Source: Amoebophrya sp. A120 (lineage: Eukaryota > Protista > Dinoflagellata). Taken from it: a DNA stretch of 64,000 nt. The position numbers and the translations under genes are program-made. The stretch spans positions 6,691,612 to 6,755,611 of the forward strand of contig CAJINV010000003.1 in assembly GCA_905178155.1 (NCBI GenBank). The letters are read 5' to 3'. The notes below the pieces were generated by a model. That model saw nothing but the letters and a program-made list of their open reading frames with translations, searched no databases and had not been told where the DNA came from. Shown here in pieces: positions 59,384 through 64,000 of this stretch (the stretch's first letter is position 1; every line of letters starts with the position of its first letter).

Positions 59384-62327
59384 TCACGCAACAGATGTCC
59401 GTGTGAAGGTCGTTTGAGAATGCCGCGAGCATAGCGTCCAATCGAAAGTTATTGCGTGTTCCTCAGCAATGCTGAGCGACGAAACCGACTTCTTCTCTTT
59501 CATCCGCTTGATCGCCTCCGCCGACAAGCTCTCCTCTCTGAGAGGTACCAGGCAGCGCCGGTTTTTAGCAGCCGGATAGGGATCTGGCAGACACAGCGAG
59601 ATCTTTCTGGCAGATGTGGTTTTTTTCCGCCCAGTTGACGTGGACGCGGAGTCGTGCTGTTGTAGCTTCTTATCCGAGGACTCCGTTTCCGTTGCTGCGG
59701 CGACGTCCGGAGAAGATGCAGGTGGCAAGTTCTTTCCATTGACACGTGTGGCGGCACCAGAAAGGCCAGGATCCTGGGGACGACTGACCTGCATGCTAGA
59801 CATGCTATCATGCGATGGCACCGAAAGTGAGCTTGCGTGGTGGGCCGGCACAAGATGGTCCCACTTCTGCAGGATCTCTGCACAAGACCAACGGGCGCTC
59901 GGCTCAAAGCGCAGGCAGTTCTGCAGGAGTGCCACTACATGCAACATCCCTGCCTGGATGGGCTGGCAAATTTCGGGCATGAGCGGGAGAAAGAGGCCAC
60001 GGCGCGCGGTCTCATCTTCCGCGCCTGGGCGGGGTTCTTCCTTAGGTTGAATGGCGTTAGTGTTTTCACACCCCGGTGCGGAGCAGCGACACTATCGAGG
60101 TGAAAAGCATCCCCACAACCCCAGAGCCAACGAATGTCTGTCATACACAGAAGTTTCGAGTACCTCGCAAACCCAATACTACGTCCCCCTACACTCCGAC
60201 TCCATTGTATATGCACTCGGAGGGGGCAGCTGCCCATGATACTGTTGTCTTGGAGAATCACACAAGAACAAAGCTGAAATCTACAGGCCGTTGTACAGCG
60301 CCCCTTGATTCTATGGCGCCGTATACTTATACTATCTCAACGCTCAACTATCTCAAAATTTTTCAACCCAATATTAACTAGGTAGTTCAAGTAGCTAGTT
60401 TATTCAGCTAACACATGATGCTTATGTAGCTAGATTTTTGGCGTGACAGATTAAGTTAGATCAATGAAAATCGTCCGGTCCTGCTCCGCCGATTTTTTCT
60501 AGTCCTGTTGCTTCCCTCATGACCCCTTCCGGACACCCCTTCCGCGAACCCCTGAAAGGTGCTCAAAAAGCTGCATTTTTTCAGTGCGCCCTAGCATCGG
60601 CGGAAGCTTATTATTGCCCCCCTCAGCTACCCCCCTCGCCGACCCCCCTTCCGGGGGGGCCCCTCACAGACGGGGTCGAAAGGGGTTCCGAAAATTGACA
60701 GGGCGGCGGAGCGGGACCAGACGATTTCTTCTAATATAGCTCATTTGTCATGCAAAACAGTTATCTACTTGCATATAATTCACTATCTACATAAACTACC
60801 TACTTTAGATAGCTATATAGAGTTGAGGTAAAAAAATTTGAGATAGTTCGACGTTGAGATAGTATACGGCGCCATAGATTCATCTACAGAAAATAAAGCG
60901 TTTCTGTTTTTTTCCTCTCAGTTTCATGCAAGACGAGCAGATGCTGATGCTACTTGGAAACTTGATATACACAAATCCTTTTTGATTCCAGGGCTGCGGG
61001 GAACTTTTCAATTTCGTAGAAACCTGGGCTTGTTGAGATGAGGGTACTGCACGACGAGACGGTTGTCACTGATTGCAAAGAGTGCCCGGGAAGCCCCCCA
61101 CTTTTGCAGCTCCTCATAGGGGCTCACAAAGTACAGCATGGTGTACAAAATGACGCCCAACGCGTACACATCCACGGTCGGGCGCATTCTGGAAGATGCA
61201 TCACATGATCCTGCCGCGCCCAGGTAGAAGGCCTCCGGGGGCATGTAGCGCAGCGTGCCCGCCCAGTCAGTGCGCCGGCTGTTGTTGTGCTTCCCACCGC
61301 CCTCTGTGCAGTGCCCGGCCAGGCCGAAGTCGGCGAGCTTAATGCGTCCACCCACCACGAGAAAGTTCTGCGGCTTTAGATCGCAGTGCACGATCTTCAA
61401 AGCATGAACGAAACGCGTCGCGCGGAGCATCTCCTGGAAATAGATCGCGATTTCGTGCAGGGAAAAACCCCGAGAGGGGCGCGCACGCACACGGTCCATC
61501 ACTTCTTGAAAATCGCAGTCGGCCAACTCCATCACAATGTGAGCGGTGCGAGGACCATTTATCGTGGGTGGTCCCTTCATCGGAAAACCGCCGGCAGATT
61601 TCACAAGCTTTTGATTCTCGCTGGAGGTGAACTGGCGAATGATGTAGCGGTTCGCTTCCTCGCCCCAAATCCAGCGCTGCTTCTCTCCGTCGGGCAAGAC
61701 GATCTCGCCCACCTGGTCCTCGCTGCGTCCCGTCTGCTGGAACTTGCACTTCTGCAGGCTCTGGAGCAGCTCGGCCTCCTTCCGGAACCTGCACAGTTCG
61801 CCATCCGAGGTCGCATGAATGATCTTGATCGCGTACCTTTTGCCCCCCTTTCCCTGCAGCTCGTACACCTGGCCCGATCCCCCTTCGCCCAAACGAATAC
61901 CAAGCCGGGCAAATTTTCTTGCGGCCGCCTGCTCCTGTTCGAAACAACTCCGGCCCAGGGGAAACAACTCCTGCGCATGCACTGCATGGGCAATAACATT
62001 TGCCAACTCTGCGGAATCCAAAACCGGGTCAGACGTCGTATCGTCGTCGGGATCTACCGCGAGGTCCTCTCCGGACTTCCCACGAGATTTCTGCATTTGC
62101 TTCTCGCTCCTACTCCTAATGGCTCACAGAGGAAAAGGTGAAGCGGCGAGTTGGATGCTGGCATCATACTGCCTGGTTTCTACGGCCTTCGACACTTGTT
62201 TCATAGAAAGCTGCGGCTTGTAGGTTTTCCGCTCTGACAAGCACCACCAATACTGGCCAGCATCCGTCGCTCGTACTACCCATCCTTGCAAGACCGGTGT
62301 GAAATCGAGGCGCAAATCGGGCGTCAT
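59384..62327 (-). CDS. Ser/Thr protein kinase, Mps1/TTK-like, possibly with an N-terminal WW-like segment
   Basis: LGEGGSGQVY, YAIKII, IVHCDLKPQNFL, KLADFGLA, GTLRYMPPEA, DVYALGVILY; subdomain XI (LQNCLRFEPSARWSCAEIL) in ORF 59384-59980; splicing between ~60090 and 61023 unresolved; in-frame TGA at 62124. Confidence 0.82.
60312..60876. mobile_element. Introner-type element with long (~180 bp) degenerate TIRs
   Basis: TATGGCGCCGTATACT..TATCTCAACG mirrored at ~60830-60876; inner arm AAATCGTCCGGTCCTGCTCCGCCG mirrored at ~60704-60727; DR GATTC (60307-60311, 60877-60881). Confidence 0.9.
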
Positions 62328-63378
62328 AACATCCCCGTTTGGCAATGGCGAACGAGAAAACTCAAATAACTATAACAATAGTGTCATATTAAAAGAAAAT
62401 TATCTTTCTTTGTTGGTATCTTACTCCCATGTCAATATCCAACAGGAGCAAGAACAAAAATTGTTGAAAAGAAGGCAATCGGTAAAGAAAAGTTTTCGCT
62501 CATCAGCTTTTCGTTTCGCTGTTGGAAGCACGAAATTACAGGCTAAAAAAGAGATGAAATGAATCTACTTACTTCCAGTCGACATGGAGATTCATTGTCA
62601 CGCTATCACTCAACAAAACCAAGGATAGGGATCGATAAGGAAGCGAAATTCTTGGAGCAATAATTTGTCCACTACAGGAAAGAACTAGAACTTGTGATGG
62701 ATATTGTGCAATGCTGAGCACGATGATGATGAGGATGATTCGTGTAGGTATATGCGATTGATGTATTTCCACCCGAAGCAACACTGCTGGATCGTTTCCA
62801 CCTCTTACTTCAAGATATCAGTACCTTCATAGTGAATAGGCAGTTGCACCACGGTTTCGGTGGCAATACAAGGAAGAAGCACAACATGATAAATCGTCGA
62901 AAAATTTGGTACGATTAGGATACGAACTCGAACAATTTTCCGGTAGGACTGCTGCATCGACAGGGATCAATGCTGTCGGGAGGGATCGACAAAGTATATT
63001 TTTCGATCCATGTCTTTGTCTATCCACGTAGTGGTGGTCATGTTCATTTCCTGGTTGCTCTTTTGCTCCTCCACGGTCTGGGACGGAAATTCGATAATAT
63101 GGAACGTCCAGGGCTCGTTCCTCCACTGTAAATAGGTCCTCTAGTACTGAAGCGTGTCGCTTTCTTGTTCATCTTCTATACCAGTTGTACCTGCTACTGT
63201 AGTACGTGTGACCAGGCGACTGCGTCGCGTAACTCGTTTACGATTCTCCTTCCCTTAAATGGCTTACGTGGTCCACCAAGCCGACACGACGCGTGGTCAT
63301 CATTTCCTTATAGAACTACATCATGTAGTCGAGGTCGACGTCGAGCTGAAGTGGAGAGTACTAGAACCTCCCCAGGAC

Positions 63379-64000
63379 CTACGGGGTCGCTACGACCAGC
63401 GCACGGCCGGGGGGCAGCAGGGTAACCGCGATTTTTTTGTGCACGAAGATTGGCTGCGTAAGGAGCTTCTCCGTGAGAGCCTCAGCTGAGATCTGCTGCT
63501 GCTCCTGCGTTTCTCCCTTGAACTTGACCGTGATGGTCATGTACTCCATGCCCGCTTCATAGTCGTCCGGCTTGCCCTTGGTGTCTTCCACCAGCGGGCA
63601 AGTGTTCACGTCCCAGGCCGGATCCTCAAACTGCCCCGCATACTCGGTGAACAGCTCCTCCAACTTGCACTGTTGCTTGAGCGCCTCGGGCGCGTCCAAG
63701 TTTGTGCTCGCGAGGTCTTGCCCAACCAGGTGAATCTTCAGACGCCACGTGCTGGTATTGAGGCCGCCCGCCTCCTCGCCCCCGCCGGTCTTCGTGTGGT
63801 CACCATCCGCACCCTCTTGGTGGGTGTGCTGCGCTATGTAGCTCTGGTTCATCTCCCCCGTCAAACTGTACTGCTGCTGCACGCTCGCAGCTTCGAACGC
63901 CTGTTTATTGTTGAAGATCATCAACGTCGGTCTCGGTTGTATTAGGTATTGTTCTATATATACACATAGACATAGGGCGGTGGGCTTCACCTTTTGCTTC
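63379..64000 (-). CDS. Hypothetical protein, partial (5' end outside the window)
   Basis: GC3-rich open frame ~63379-63900 after a CAG acceptor; no recognisable motif. Confidence 0.55.
   Translation of the reverse strand, partial: KQKVKPTALCLCVYIEQYLIQPRPTLMIFNNKQAFEAASVQQQYSLTGEMNQSYIAQHTHQEGADGDHTKTGGGEEAGGLNTSTWRLKIHLVGQDLASTNLDAPEALKQQCKLEELFTEYAGQFEDPAWDVNTCPLVEDTKGKPDDYEAGMEYMTITVKFKGETQEQQQISAEALTEKLLTQPIFVHKKIAVTLLPPGRALVVATP

Noticed and set aside
62825-63140. ~100-codon frame with a single TGA
   Set aside because: An overlapping stop-free ORF exists and neither frame is recognisable; cannot be assigned.
358-63945. Plus-strand ORFs in the supplied track
   Set aside because: They are shadows of GC-rich minus-strand exons or lie in repeats; none has a recognisable motif.

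Overview
This is a eukaryotic nuclear window, very probably from the parasitic syndinian dinoflagellate Amoebophrya (strain A120-like). That is an inference from two things: (i) all ~15 recognisable genes lie on the minus strand, and (ii) there are many non-canonical 'introner' introns that start TAT, end ATA, carry terminal inverted repeats and sit between 5-bp direct repeats. I delimited 17 such elements by hand, 12 of them in one giant secreted PAN/Apple + discoidin-like gene. Removing each element plus one direct-repeat copy restores a continuous 2,629-codon frame from 11468 to position 1, broken only by one in-frame TGA. Other genes: a DUF3431 protein, a mucin-like membrane protein, a glycosyltransferase-like protein, an NWE-motif ciliary protein, a TM-anchored ubiquitin-specific protease, a two-pore K+ channel, a UBA/PUB protein, TRAPPC4, a calmodulin-like protein, a Canopy/saposin-like protein and an Mps1/TTK-like kinase. 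Most notable unexplained signals: an 8-mer (TGTCATGC) concentrated in otherwise unrelated introner families; two in-frame TGA codons sharing the context TGA-GCC; a second intron class with a direct repeat but no TIR; a 38-46-bp repeat delimiting two unrelated 1.1-1.6-kb structured cargoes; and a K+-channel intron carrying a decayed copy of its own exon end plus a ~30-unit hairpin array. Everything was read by eye: no database searches or folding were run, and coordinates may be off by a few bases.
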